46,637 nucleotides of DNA from Gemmatimonadota bacterium (GCA_050257455.1 JBLMWX010000024.1:1-46637), one strand, 5' to 3'; shown: positions 10,022-20,781, counted from the stretch's first letter. Translations and numbers: made by a program. Notes: generated by a model from the sequence alone, not told the origin.

Positions 10022-10804
10022 CTATCTCCCCTTGAAGGACGCCTTCCTCTTTTCGAGAAATGCCTTCATTCCCTCGACCCGGTCCTCCGACGAGAAACAG
10101 GCGCCGAAGAGGCTCGCCTCGTAGGCGTTGGCGTTCGGAAGGTCGAGGTCGAGGCCCCGGTTCATCGCCATCTTCGCGAGGCGGATCGCCGCGGGCCCCT
10201 TGGACAGGATCGTGGCGGCGATCTCGCGCGCCGTCTTCATGAGTTCCGCGGCCGGGACGACCCGGTTCACGAGGCCGATCTCGTAAGCCCGCTGCGCCGT
10301 GATCATCTCGCCCGTCAGGACGAGCTCCTTGGCCACGTTGCGCCCGACGAGCCGCGGGAGCCGCTGGGTCCCGCCGTAGCCGGGAATGATCCCGAGGTTC
10401 ACCTCCGGCTGGCCGAGCTTCGCCGTGTCGGCCGCCACGAGGAGGTCGCACGCCATGGCGAGCTCGCATCCCCCGCCGAGCGCGAATCCGTTGACGACGC
10501 CGACGACCGGCTGCGGAAGCCGCTCGATGAGCTCGAGCACCCCGTGCCCGTACAGGGAGAATTCGAGGGCCTGCAGCGGCTCGAGCCGGCTCATCTCCGA
10601 GATGTCCGCGCCCGCGACGAACGCCTTCTCCCCGGCGCCGGTCAGGAGGACGACGCCGACGTCGGCGCGCGCGCCGATCGATTCGAGGGCGTCCTTCAGC
10701 TCCCGCATCGTCGCCGGATTGAGCGCGTTGAGCGACCTGGGCCGGTTGATGGTGATCGTCGCGATCCGGTCCGCCACGTCGAGGAGGATGTTCGCGTAGT
10801 CCAT
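10022..10804 (-). CDS. crt: Enoyl-CoA hydratase (crotonase)
   Basis: Start MDYANILL at 10804. Motifs AFVAGADI, ALGGGCELAMACD, GQPEVNLGIIPGYGGTQRL; both catalytic Glu present. Confidence 0.92.
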   Translation of the reverse strand: MDYANILLDVADRIATITINRPRSLNALNPATMRELKDALESIGARADVGVVLLTGAGEKAFVAGADISEMSRLEPLQALEFSLYGHGVLELIERLPQPVVGVVNGFALGGGCELAMACDLLVAADTAKLGQPEVNLGIIPGYGGTQRLPRLVGRNVAKELVLTGEMITAQRAYEIGLVNRVVPAAELMKTAREIAATILSKGPAAIRLAKMAMNRGLDLDLPNANAYEASLFGACFSSEDRVEGMKAFLEKRKASFKGR

Positions 10805-10815
10805 GTCCGCCCCCT

Positions 10816-11673
10816 TTACGCCGTTTCGTAGGCGTAGAAGCCCCGCCCGCTCTTCTTTCCGAGGTACCCCGCCTCGACCTGCTTCTTCAGGAGCGGGCAC
10901 GGCCTGTACTTCGGGTCGCCCAGCCCCTCGTGGAGCACCTTCATGACCTCGAGGCAGGTGTCCAGCCCGATCAGGTCCGCGAGGGCCAGGGGACCCATCG
11001 GGTGGTTCGCGCCCATCCGCATCGCGGCGTCGATGTCCTCCGCCCTCGCCACCCCTTCCATCAGGGCGTAGATCGCCTCGTTGATCATCGGCATCAGGAT
11101 CCGGTTGACGGCGAAGCCCGGATAGTCGTTCGCCGGCACCGGCTCCTTGCCGAGGCTGCGGGAGAGGGCCACCGTCGCGTCGAACGTCTCCCCGGAGGTC
11201 TGCAGGCCCCGGATGATCTCGACGAGCTTCATCAGGGGTACGGGGTTCATGAAGTGCATCCCGATCACCCTGTCGGGGCGCCTCGTGACGGAGGCGATCT
11301 TCGTGATCGAGATCGAGGACGTGTTCGTGGCCAGGATCCGTCCCGGCGGCACGATCCCGTCGAGGGAGCGGAAGATCGACAGCTTGAGCTCCTCCCGCTC
11401 GGTGGCGGCCTCGACCGCGAAGTCGCAGGCGGAAAACGCCCCGAGGTCCGCCGTCGTCGCCAGGTTGCCCGCCATCCGTTCCCGGTCCGCAACCGTGATC
11501 TTCTCCTTGCGGACCAGGATGTCGAGCCCCTTCTCGATCCCGGCCCGGGACTTCGCGAGGATCGCGTCGGACACGTCGTTCAGCACCACCTTGTATCCGT
11601 TCGTGAGCGCGACCTGCGCGATCCCGCTCCCCATCTGTCCCCCGCCGACGACGCCGATCGTCCTGATGTCCAT
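10816..11673 (-). CDS. hbd: 3-hydroxybutyryl-CoA dehydrogenase
   Basis: Motifs [38 protein letters not shown]. Confidence 0.94.
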   Translation of the reverse strand: MDIRTIGVVGGGQMGSGIAQVALTNGYKVVLNDVSDAILAKSRAGIEKGLDILVRKEKITVADRERMAGNLATTADLGAFSACDFAVEAATEREELKLSIFRSLDGIVPPGRILATNTSSISITKIASVTRRPDRVIGMHFMNPVPLMKLVEIIRGLQTSGETFDATVALSRSLGKEPVPANDYPGFAVNRILMPMINEAIYALMEGVARAEDIDAAMRMGANHPMGPLALADLIGLDTCLEVMKVLHEGLGDPKYRPCPLLKKQVEAGYLGKKSGRGFYAYETA

Positions 11674-11701
11674 GCGCCCCGACCTCCTCCTCGCGCCGCG
11701 G

Positions 11702-12880
<1,179 letters not shown>

Positions 12881-12918
12881 CGTCGTCTCCTTCGGCGGGC
12901 GTCTTCCGCCGCGAAATC

Positions 12919-13317
12919 TCAGGTTTCCTGCAGGAGCTTCCCCCGCAGCCGGGTCTGGTAGTCGTGGATCTCCTTCTTCAGCGCGACGAGCTGGTTGATG
13001 CGGTCGTCGATCTGCGCGGCCCGTTCGTCGAGGATCGCGACCAGCTTCGGGATGACCTCCCTGTTGTTTCTCTGGTTCCGATAGATCTTCTCGAGCGCCA
13101 CCATTTCGGCAAGCGAGAGTCCCAGGACCTTGAGTTTGTTGATGAATCTGAGGCGGCGCACGTCGTGGTCCGTGTAGACGCGCTTGCCGTTCTCGATCCG
13201 GCGGATGCTGTGCAGCAGGCCGATCTCCTCGTAGTAGCGGATCGTCCTCTGCGAGAGGTCGACCATCCGGCTGAGCTCGCCGATCGGGTATGTGACGGGC
13301 GCTTCGGGGGATCCCAT
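12919..13317 (-). CDS. MerR family transcriptional regulator, LiuR-like
   Basis: MerR HTH YPIGELSRMVDLSQRTIRYYEEIGLL...RVY followed by a coiled coil. No Cys, so not a Cys-ligand metal sensor. Start is ATG 13317 or GTG 13326. Confidence 0.88.
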   Translation of the reverse strand: MGSPEAPVTYPIGELSRMVDLSQRTIRYYEEIGLLHSIRRIENGKRVYTDHDVRRLRFINKLKVLGLSLAEMVALEKIYRNQRNNREVIPKLVAILDERAAQIDDRINQLVALKKEIHDYQTRLRGKLLQET

Positions 13318-13319
13318 GT

Positions 13320-13343
13320 CTGCCACCTTACGTTAACTGGCAG
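13320..13343 (-). promoter_or_regulatory. Putative LiuR-like operator part-site inside a leader hairpin
   Basis: Plus strand CTTACGTTAAC (13327-13337) resembles part of the LiuR consensus TTTACGTWWACGTAAA. It is flanked by CTGCCA/TGGCAG inverted arms. Confidence 0.4.
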
Positions 13344-13345
13344 AG

Positions 13346-13374
13346 AGATTACCCGACACCCCGCCGCGCGTCAA
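13346..13374 (-). promoter_or_regulatory. Sigma70-type promoter of the acyl-CoA operon
   Basis: TTGACG (13374-13369), 17 nt spacer, TAATCT (13351-13346). Confidence 0.7.
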
Positions 13375-13423
13375 GATGTTTTTGACGCCCCGTCATTGCC
13401 GGCTGTCCGCGTCGCTATCGGCC

Positions 13424-14179
13424 CTATTTCGCGATCTTCTTCAGCAGCTCCGCGGCCCTCTTCTTCTCCAGGCGCTGTTCCGGGATGGCGTCGGGGAACG
13501 CGTCGTCCGGCGCCGCCAGGGCGGCCTCGAGCTCGGCGCGCGCGAGGTCGTTGCGTCCGTCCTTCACGTAGGCCTCCGCCAGCAGGAAGCGGTTCCCGGC
13601 ATAGATCGGGTACGCCGCGACCGCCTTTTTCCCGTATTCGACGGCCTTGGAAACGCTTCCGCCCAGGAGCCCCGGGAGCCTCGCGTAGTACGCGCAGAAG
13701 AAGCGGTCGGGCCCGCGGTAGAAATAGTCCGGCTGGATCGTCTCGGTCTTCCGGTTCAGCTCCTCGACCTTCCCGATCCCGAGAAGGCTCCGGAACTTCC
13801 CCTTGAGGTTGTTTTCCCGGGCGAGGTTCGCCGCCTCGAAGAAGTAGCCGCCGGGCCGGTCCGGGGCCGCCTCGGCCGCCCGCCGGCCGTAGTCGCGTCC
13901 CTTGACGAAGTGCGCGATGGCGCCGCTCTTGTCGACCGTCTCGAGGTTCTGCCCGATCCAGTAGTGGAGCCGCGAGAGCCGCAGCAGGACGTCGTAATCG
14001 TTCGGGCTCTCCTTGAGCAGCGCCTCGTAGGCGGCAACCGCCTCGTTCGCCTTTCCCGGATCCTCGCGCGCAGCCCACAGGGCGTTCGCCCTCTCCCGCG
14101 GGGCCTCGCCCGCGACCGCGATCGCGGCCGGCGCGGCAAGAACCAGACACGCGAGCGAAACGGCCAGAGACCTTTTCAT
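13424..14179 (-). CDS. Secreted TPR-like helical repeat protein (TatT/T-component-like)
   Basis: Start MKRSLAVSLACLVLAAPAAIAVA looks like a signal peptide; GGGGAGG RBS. Helical repeats such as AVAAYEALLKESPNDY and LLAEAYVKDGRNDLARAELEAAL. Confidence 0.7.
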   Translation of the reverse strand: MKRSLAVSLACLVLAAPAAIAVAGEAPRERANALWAAREDPGKANEAVAAYEALLKESPNDYDVLLRLSRLHYWIGQNLETVDKSGAIAHFVKGRDYGRRAAEAAPDRPGGYFFEAANLARENNLKGKFRSLLGIGKVEELNRKTETIQPDYFYRGPDRFFCAYYARLPGLLGGSVSKAVEYGKKAVAAYPIYAGNRFLLAEAYVKDGRNDLARAELEAALAAPDDAFPDAIPEQRLEKKRAAELLKKIAK

Positions 14180-14190
14180 GGAGTCCTCCC

Positions 14191-15396
14191 CTATCCGCCT
14201 TCGATCGTTTCGAGAAACGCCTCGAGACGGGTCCGCCACGCCCCCTCGGCGAAGTCCCTCTCGTCCGCCATGTCGCCCTCGATCACAATGCACGGAACGC
14301 CGTCCCGTTTCAAGCGGGCGGCGATCTCCTCCTGCCCGAACGAATACGGCTTGCAGCTCCGGTTCGAATGGAACACGACCCCCCGCGCCGAAAGCGATGC
14401 GGCGAGGGTCCGAATGACCGCCTCCCTGTGCCGGAGCCCCGAGTTGAGCCACACGCGGGCGTAGGCGTCCGCGAGCGCGTCGATCGGGTCGCCCGACTCC
14501 GCCGGCGTCTCGGTCCAGGCGTGCGTGTAGGTGGCGCCGACGAGGACGGCGTCGCGCGCCGCCAGAAAGGCGCTCAGGGCCTTGAGCTGGTGCCACACCG
14601 GGAGATTGTCCCACAGCAGCCGGGTGCGCTCCGGCTCCACCGCGCCCTCCCCGCGCGACGCGCGTGCCCGAAGCTCGTCGCGCAGCCCGGCGTAGAACGC
14701 CACCGCCTCCCGCGTTCCCCGCATCGTCACGATCGGGCCCATCAGGATGAACTGGTCCGCGGCCGAGGCGGGAGCCGGCCGCGCGGCGTTCGCGGCGAGG
14801 CATGCGTCCCACAGCGCCGAGGCCTCCCGGGACAGGGCCACGATCTCGCGGAACCGCTCTTCGCGCCATTCCCTCCCCGTCGCCCGCGACAGTTCCCCGG
14901 GGAGCCCGCGGAACTGCGCGCGCACGTACGCGCGGGCCGCCCGTTCCTCGTCGCCGTGACGGAAGGGCATGTCGAGGAGTATCAGGGGGACGCCGTGGAA
15001 CCGGGCGAGCCCCTCGTACCACTTGACCACGGTCCGGCAGATATTGTTCGCGCAGACGAGGAAGTCCGGCGGAGGCAGCCCCCCGATCGGGCTCCGGTCC
15101 GGCGCGGACCGCGCGCCCCGATCGATTCTCCAGTACGAGCAGAGCTCGCGCCGGTAACCCTGTTCCTCGGCCGCGCGGCACAGGGCGCCCCCGGCGCGCG
15201 CCACGCCGCAGACCGCGCCGTGGTTCTCGGGATAAACCGGGACGACGTCCATCGCGAGCAGGAACTCCACGGGAGCGCCGCTCGTCACGTAGGCGACGCG
15301 CCTCCCCTCGTCCCGGGCCAGCCATCCCGCCTGGAAATGGCGCAGCATCAGCTCCTTCATGCGGGCGGTCGCCGACAGGCGCTCCCGAAGCGCCAT
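14191..15396 (-). CDS. 2-hydroxyacyl-CoA dehydratase family subunit (HgdA/HadB/BzdO-like)
   Basis: Start MALRERL at 15396. Motifs VPVYPENH, ELCSY, GGLPPPDFLVCANNIC, WDNLP, HSNRSCKP, IEGDMADER, TRLEAFLE; three FeS Cys present. Confidence 0.88.
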   Translation of the reverse strand: MALRERLSATARMKELMLRHFQAGWLARDEGRRVAYVTSGAPVEFLLAMDVVPVYPENHGAVCGVARAGGALCRAAEEQGYRRELCSYWRIDRGARSAPDRSPIGGLPPPDFLVCANNICRTVVKWYEGLARFHGVPLILLDMPFRHGDEERAARAYVRAQFRGLPGELSRATGREWREERFREIVALSREASALWDACLAANAARPAPASAADQFILMGPIVTMRGTREAVAFYAGLRDELRARASRGEGAVEPERTRLLWDNLPVWHQLKALSAFLAARDAVLVGATYTHAWTETPAESGDPIDALADAYARVWLNSGLRHREAVIRTLAASLSARGVVFHSNRSCKPYSFGQEEIAARLKRDGVPCIVIEGDMADERDFAEGAWRTRLEAFLETIEGG

Positions 15397-15398
15397 TT

Positions 15399-16529
15399 CT
15401 ACTCCCCCATCTCGACGAACGCCCCGATGCGGACGGCGAGGGCCGCCGCCCCGGGGGCGCCGGGATCGACGTCGACACCGAGGAAGGGAACGCCCCGGCG
15501 CTTCGCCTCCAGGGCGATGTCGGGCGCGTCGCCGGCCTCCGGCTCGCACTGGCGGACCCGCACCATGAGGATCCGGTCCGCCCCGCACGCCGACGCGTGG
15601 CGGAACAGGGAGTCGATCCGGCTCCGTCCCGCCCAGTGGAGCGTCGCGCACGGCCCCCGGGACAGGTGCCTCCGGACGAGCGCCAGGGCCGCGTCCCCGT
15701 CCTCCTGCGCCGCCCCCTCGAAGTACCGGCGTCCCCGGCCCAGGTCGTTTCCGACCACGGCGGCGCCGGCGCCGTCCAGCGCGGCCGCGACGTCGTCCGT
15801 CGCCAGCATGCCCGTGAGAAAGACCCGGGCGCGCGGCGTCCCGGCGCGTCCTCCCGGGCGCTCCAGGACCGCGCGGACCAGCTCGGTGTGCGTCTCCCTC
15901 GGCAGGAGGGAGCCGGCGCGCGCCAGGAGAAGGTACCCCGCCGCGCTCAGGACGCCCGGCGAGTCCGCCATCCGCTCCTCGAGCCGCGCGAACAGCCGCC
16001 GGTTGACGTTGTACGCCGCGATCGCCTTCGCGAGGGATCCCTCCCGCACCAGCCGCCCCGAAACCGTCCCCGACCATTCGACGAAGGCCTCGATCCGGTC
16101 GAGCAGGTACTCGGTTGACCCGGCGAGGTCCCCGGACAGCGGGAAGACGAGGGGGAACAGCGGGCGCGCCTCGCCGCCCGCCTTCAGGACCTCGACGGCG
16201 TTCTGGATCGAGTCGCAGGTCGAGGGGACCGCCCACGCATCGAGGGCGTCCCAAAGGCCGCCGCGGACGGCCGCGAAGACGCCGCGGACGATGCCGCACA
16301 GGAACGGCGGCACGTTGGCGGGGGGCGGATTCGCGAACTCGTCGCCCCAGAGGGTGACCGGGAGCATCCCGGCCGCGTGGAGGACCTCCTCCGGAAGGTA
16401 GAGGGGGAAGCATCCGACGGCCTTGCGCCCGGAGAGGGCCTTCCAGCGGCGCACGGCTCCCGCCGGGTCGTCGCGGACCGCGGCGGCGTACCGGAGCGCC
16501 TCGTCGGCGGAAAGCGGCGTCGCGGTCAT
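15399..16529 (-). CDS. 2-hydroxyacyl-CoA dehydratase family subunit (HgdB/HadC/BzdN-like)
   Basis: Motifs GCFPLYLPEEVLHAAGMLP, PPFLCG, PSTCD, VVGNDL, QCEP, RIGAFVEM. Confidence 0.85.
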   Translation of the reverse strand: MTATPLSADEALRYAAAVRDDPAGAVRRWKALSGRKAVGCFPLYLPEEVLHAAGMLPVTLWGDEFANPPPANVPPFLCGIVRGVFAAVRGGLWDALDAWAVPSTCDSIQNAVEVLKAGGEARPLFPLVFPLSGDLAGSTEYLLDRIEAFVEWSGTVSGRLVREGSLAKAIAAYNVNRRLFARLEERMADSPGVLSAAGYLLLARAGSLLPRETHTELVRAVLERPGGRAGTPRARVFLTGMLATDDVAAALDGAGAAVVGNDLGRGRRYFEGAAQEDGDAALALVRRHLSRGPCATLHWAGRSRIDSLFRHASACGADRILMVRVRQCEPEAGDAPDIALEAKRRGVPFLGVDVDPGAPGAAALAVRIGAFVEMGE

Positions 16530-17182
16530 CGGCCCTGGTAGATGACCGCGAGGATCAGCGCCTCCTTCTCTTCGGTCGAGTGGACGTGGTGCGGAATCGT
16601 CGAGTTGTAGTAGATGCAGTCTCCCTCGGCGAGGACGTCGGAATAGTTGTCGAGGAAGACCTCGACCTTGCCCGAGAGGACGAAGAGGAACTCCTCTCCC
16701 TCGTGGGAGTTGCGCGCCACGTTCCGGTCCCGGAGGGGGGTCAGCCGGACGAGAAAGGGCTCCATCCTGCGCCCCGCCTTCCCCGCGCCGAGCGCCTCGT
16801 ACGTGTACGACGATTTCCCGCCCTCCTTGAGCCCGACCCGCGAGACGGTCGTCCGGTCCTCCTTGCGGACGATCGAGAACTCCCGCTCCTCCTTCCCGCC
16901 GATGAACGCCGAAACGGTGGTGTCGAGCGCGTTCGCGATCTTCACCAGCGTCCCGAGCGGCGGCGACGTCATCCGGTTCTCGATCTGCGTGAGAAGGGCG
17001 GTCGAGAACCCGGTCTTCTCGGCGAGCTGCTGGAGCGAGACGCCGCGGCCCTCGCGGAACCTGTGGATGTGGTCCCCGACCTGGACCTCGGGCGACCCCG
17101 CGGCCGGCCCCCAGTCCCCCGACTCCTCGGCGATCTTTTCCAGAAGGTCGTCCATCGATTCGTCACGCGTGATTTCTGGCAA
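16526..17182 (-). CDS. XRE-family HTH regulator with C-terminal cupin domain
   Basis: HTH SLQQLAEKTGFSTALLTQIEN and cupin SHEGEEFLFVLSG...GDCIYYNSTIPH. Start is TTG 17182 or ATG 17155. Confidence 0.9.
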   Translation of the reverse strand: MPEITRDESMDDLLEKIAEESGDWGPAAGSPEVQVGDHIHRFREGRGVSLQQLAEKTGFSTALLTQIENRMTSPPLGTLVKIANALDTTVSAFIGGKEEREFSIVRKEDRTTVSRVGLKEGGKSSYTYEALGAGKAGRRMEPFLVRLTPLRDRNVARNSHEGEEFLFVLSGKVEVFLDNYSDVLAEGDCIYYNSTIPHHVHSTEEKEALILAVIYQGR

Positions 17183-17714
17183 AGGACTCTCCCTCCTGCA
17201 AGGCTTTGACGTTCAGCGGGATGAACTTCTCGTATTTCCTCGAAACCACCTTCGGGATGCAGTCCACGACGGTCTTCATCGCGACGACCCCTGCCCGCGC
17301 CACGTACGCCCCGAGGGCCACCATCGACGCCAGCTGCTGGCTTCCCACCACCTCCCGCGCGATGTCGTTGGCCGGGATGGCGAGGAGCCGGATGTCCGAC
17401 CGGCTCACCCGCGCGGGGTCGACGAGGGACGCGTTGACGATGAGGTCCCCGTCCTTCCTGACGAGCGGCAGGTACCTGTCGAGCGACGGCCCGTTCATGA
17501 TGACGCACGCCTCGGGGAAACCGACGACCGGCGATCCGATCTCGTCGTCCGAGACGACGACCGTGCAGTTGGCGGTCCCCCCGCGCATCTCGACCCCGTA
17601 GGCGGGGAAGTAGGTGACGTTCCTCCCCTCCTCCATCGCCGCCAGGGACAGGAGGTTCCCGATCATGAGGATCCCCTGCCCGCCGAAGCCGGCCATGATC
17701 ACGTCGCGCGTCAT
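17163..17714 (-). CDS. 2-oxoacid:ferredoxin oxidoreductase gamma subunit
   Basis: Start [15 protein letters not shown]; motif [12 protein letters not shown]. Confidence 0.92.
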   Translation of the reverse strand: MTRDVIMAGFGGQGILMIGNLLSLAAMEEGRNVTYFPAYGVEMRGGTANCTVVVSDDEIGSPVVGFPEACVIMNGPSLDRYLPLVRKDGDLIVNASLVDPARVSRSDIRLLAIPANDIAREVVGSQQLASMVALGAYVARAGVVAMKTVVDCIPKVVSRKYEKFIPLNVKALQEGESFARNHA

Positions 17715-18490
17715 ACGAAGTCCGCCTGCTTCCGTTCCTTGTAGGTCCCGAGCGGGAAATACTCCGACATCTCCCCGAGCACCCGCTTCTGCGCGTCCGT
17801 CGGCTTCATTCCCCAGTTGGTCGGGCACGTCGAGAGGAACTCCACGATCGAGAATCCCATCTCCCGGATCTGCATCTCGAACGCCTTCTTCAGGGCCTCC
17901 TTCGCCCGGCGGATCTGGCCGGGCGTGGAGGTCGCCACCCGGGCCGAGAACGCGGTCCCCTCCAGCGTGGCGAGCAGCTCCGCCATCCGGATGGGGTAGC
18001 CGTCGTTCCTGAATTCCCGTCCGTACGGGGAGGTCGAGGTCTTCTGTCCCAGCATCGTGGTGGGGGCCATCTGCCCGCCCGTCATGCCGTAGGTGGTGTT
18101 GTTGACGAAGACGACGGTGATGTTCTCTCCCCGGTTTGCCGCGTGGATGATCTCGGAGGTCCCGATGGCGGCCAGGTCGCCGTCGCCCTGGTACGTGAAC
18201 ACGAACCTGTCGGGCTGGGCCCTCTTGACGCCGGTGGCCACGGCCGGCGCGCGGCCGTGCGGCGCCTCCGCCACGTCGACGTCGATGTAGTCGTAGAGGA
18301 AGACGGCGCAGCCGACGCACGCGACGCCGACCGTCCGCTCGCGAAGATCGAAATGGTCGATCGTCTCGGCGAGGATCCGGTGGGCGATCCCGTGGTGGCA
18401 TCCCGGGCAGAAGTGGGAGCGCACGTCGACGAGGCTGCGGGGCCTCCCGAATACCCGTTTCGCGAAGCGATCCCCCGGGTCCGCGTTCAT
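17711..18490 (-). CDS. 2-oxoacid:ferredoxin oxidoreductase beta (TPP-binding) subunit, Vor-like
   Basis: Motifs [29 protein letters not shown]...NN, CPTNW. Confidence 0.92.
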   Translation of the reverse strand: MNADPGDRFAKRVFGRPRSLVDVRSHFCPGCHHGIAHRILAETIDHFDLRERTVGVACVGCAVFLYDYIDVDVAEAPHGRAPAVATGVKRAQPDRFVFTYQGDGDLAAIGTSEIIHAANRGENITVVFVNNTTYGMTGGQMAPTTMLGQKTSTSPYGREFRNDGYPIRMAELLATLEGTAFSARVATSTPGQIRRAKEALKKAFEMQIREMGFSIVEFLSTCPTNWGMKPTDAQKRVLGEMSEYFPLGTYKERKQADFV

Positions 18491-19584
18491 GGCATCTTCA
18501 CCGCCGCGAGGCCGATCTGCTCCGCCAGTTTCCCGATCTCGCGGAGGATCTCCTCCGGGGTCGGCATCGCGCACGGCTTGCCCAGGAACCGGATCCTGTC
18601 GTGGTGGGGCGTGCTCGCCCGCACGTCGTCGACCATCTGCCCCGTGTTCATCTCGACGACGAGCACCGCGTCCGCGTCGCGGGCGACCTCGTCGACCGGA
18701 ACGGCCGGAAACGGGAACAGGGTGATCGGGCGGAGCATCCCGACGGGAATGCCGTCGCGCCGGGCCCACTGGATGGCCGTCTTGCTCACGCGGGCCGCGG
18801 TGCCGAACGCGACGACGGCGATCCGGGCCCCCTCCATCCGGTAACGTTCGACCCGGACCTCCTCCTCGCGGATCCGCCGGTACTTCGCGTGAAGCTTCCA
18901 GTTGTGAACCTCGATCGCGTCGTCCTTGAGATAAAGCGACTTGACGTGCTGCCGGGGCCGGCCGGCGCACCCCGTGAGGGCCCAGGGCTTGTCCTGCGGG
19001 ACAGTGGGAACGTACGGCGTCGCGACGAACGGCTCCTTCATCTGCCCGACGATGGCGTCTCCCAGGATCATGACCGGGTTGCGATACTTGTCCGCGAGGT
19101 CGAACGCCAGCATCGTGAGCTCGTACATCTCCTGCACCGAATGGGGGGCGAGCACCGGCATCTTGTAGCCGCCGTGGCCGCCGCACTTGACCGCCTGGAG
19201 GTAGTCCCCCTGCGACGGGGCGATCCCGCCGAGACCCGGTCCGGACCGCGAAATGTTGACGATGACGGCCGGCAGCTCGGAACCCGCCATGTAGGAAAGT
19301 CCCTCCTGCATGAGCGAGATGCCGGGCCCCGAGGAGGAGGTCATGACCCGCTTCCCCGACGCCGACGTCCCGAGGATGAAGTTGATGGTGGCGACCTCGC
19401 TCTCGGCCTGGAGGAAGGTTCCCCCGAGGGCGGGCAGATGGGCCGCCATGTATTCGGGGATGTCGTTCTGCGGCGTGATCGGATAGCCGTAGTAATAGCG
19501 GCATCCGGCGGCGATCGCGCCGACGCAGATCGCCTCGTTCCCCTTCATGAACTCCCGGCGCGGGCCGGTTTCCGACCGCGTCAT
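18487..19584 (-). CDS. 2-oxoacid:ferredoxin oxidoreductase alpha subunit, 2-oxoisovalerate (Vor)-like
   Basis: Motifs [47 protein letters not shown]. Confidence 0.9.
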   Translation of the reverse strand: MTRSETGPRREFMKGNEAICVGAIAAGCRYYYGYPITPQNDIPEYMAAHLPALGGTFLQAESEVATINFILGTSASGKRVMTSSSGPGISLMQEGLSYMAGSELPAVIVNISRSGPGLGGIAPSQGDYLQAVKCGGHGGYKMPVLAPHSVQEMYELTMLAFDLADKYRNPVMILGDAIVGQMKEPFVATPYVPTVPQDKPWALTGCAGRPRQHVKSLYLKDDAIEVHNWKLHAKYRRIREEEVRVERYRMEGARIAVVAFGTAARVSKTAIQWARRDGIPVGMLRPITLFPFPAVPVDEVARDADAVLVVEMNTGQMVDDVRASTPHHDRIRFLGKPCAMPTPEEILREIGKLAEQIGLAAVKMP

Positions 19585-19808
19585 CGCCAGACCTCGATGC
19601 AGACGTCCGGGCAGCACTCGGCGCAGATCGCGCACCCGGTGCAGTCCTCCGGCCTCGCGAAGACCGCCGCCGCGTATCCCTGGGCGTTGATCGCGCTCCC
19701 GATCTCGATGCACCGCTTCGGGCAGGCGGCCACGCAGAGCTCGCACGCCTTGCACCGGTCCGCCGCGATCGCGATGCGGCCCGTCGCCTTCGCCGCGTTG
19801 ACGCTCAT
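19581..19808 (-). CDS. 2x[4Fe-4S] ferredoxin, oxidoreductase delta subunit
   Basis: Motifs [12 protein letters not shown] and [12 protein letters not shown]. Confidence 0.92.
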   Translation of the reverse strand: MSVNAAKATGRIAIAADRCKACELCVAACPKRCIEIGSAINAQGYAAAVFARPEDCTGCAICAECCPDVCIEVWR

Positions 19809-19824
19809 CTCCCGGCCGCCCTCC

Positions 19825-20781
19825 TCAATCGTATTTCGGCTTGAACTCGAAGTAGTGCGTCGTGTCGATGAACCGGAGGGTCCGCGACTTCGACCGCATG
19901 ACGACCGACTGGGTGTGCGCGCCGCCGCTGAAGAAGCGGACGCCCTTCAGGAAATCGCCGAACGTCACTCCGGTCGCGGCGAACATGACGTCGCTGCGCG
20001 CGAGGTCCTCCAGCCCGTACACCCGGTCGAGGTCCTTCACGCCCATCGTCCGCGCCCGATCCATCTCCTCCTTGTTGCGGAACCGGAGGATTCCCTGGAA
20101 ATCGCCGCCGAGGCACTTGAGCGCCGCGGCCGCGAGGACGCCCTCGGGCGCCCCGCCGGTTCCCATGAGGACGTCGACGCCCGATTCCTCCTTGGCCGTC
20201 GCGATCGCCCCGGCCACGTCCCCGTCTCCGATGAGCTTGATGCGGGCACCCGCCTCGCGGCATTCCCGGATGAGGTCCTGGTGGCGCGGACGGTCGAGGA
20301 TGATGACGCAGAGGTCCTCCACGTAGGACTTGAGCGCCTTGGCGATCCGTCGGAGGTTCTCCGTCGGCGACGCGGTGATGTCGATCGCGCCCCGCGCCCG
20401 GGGACCGACGGCGAGCTTCTGCATGTAGGTGTCGGGGGCGTGGAGAAAACCGCCCTCCTCCGCGATCGCGATCACCGAGAGCGCGTTGTTGCCGCCCGTC
20501 GCGACGATGGTGGTCCCCTCGAGCGGGTCCACGGCGATGTCCACCTTCGGGGTCTCGGCGGCGCCCACCTCCTCGCCGATGAAGAGCATCGGGGCCTCGT
20601 CCCGCTCCCCCTCGCCGATCACCACGCGCCCCTTGAACTGGACGGCGTTGAACGCCTTCCGCATCGCGGTGACCGCCGCCTGGTCGGCGGCCACGTTGTC
20701 GCCGCGCCCCATGAGCCGTGCCGACGCGAGCGCGGCGGCCTCGGTGACCCGGACAACCTCCAGCGCCAGATTACGTTCCAC
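19825..20781 (-). CDS. glpX: Class II fructose-1,6-bisphosphatase
   Basis: Motifs VRVTEAAA, VVIGEGERDEAPML, AVDPLEGT, DRPRH, GGAPEGV. Confidence 0.95.
   Translation of the reverse strand: MERNLALEVVRVTEAAALASARLMGRGDNVAADQAAVTAMRKAFNAVQFKGRVVIGEGERDEAPMLFIGEEVGAAETPKVDIAVDPLEGTTIVATGGNNALSVIAIAEEGGFLHAPDTYMQKLAVGPRARGAIDITASPTENLRRIAKALKSYVEDLCVIILDRPRHQDLIRECREAGARIKLIGDGDVAGAIATAKEESGVDVLMGTGGAPEGVLAAAALKCLGGDFQGILRFRNKEEMDRARTMGVKDLDRVYGLEDLARSDVMFAATGVTFGDFLKGVRFFSGGAHTQSVVMRSKSRTLRFIDTTHYFEFKPKYD

Noticed and set aside
12881-12918. Small hairpin CGGCGG-N7-CCGCCG between the MerR gene and the thiolase
   Set aside because: No U-tract, and short GC stems arise by chance at this GC content.
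14191-16529. Calling the dehydratase pair a benzoyl-CoA reductase
   Set aside because: No ATPase subunits, benzoate-CoA ligase or ring-cleavage genes are in the window, so only the family-level call is supported.
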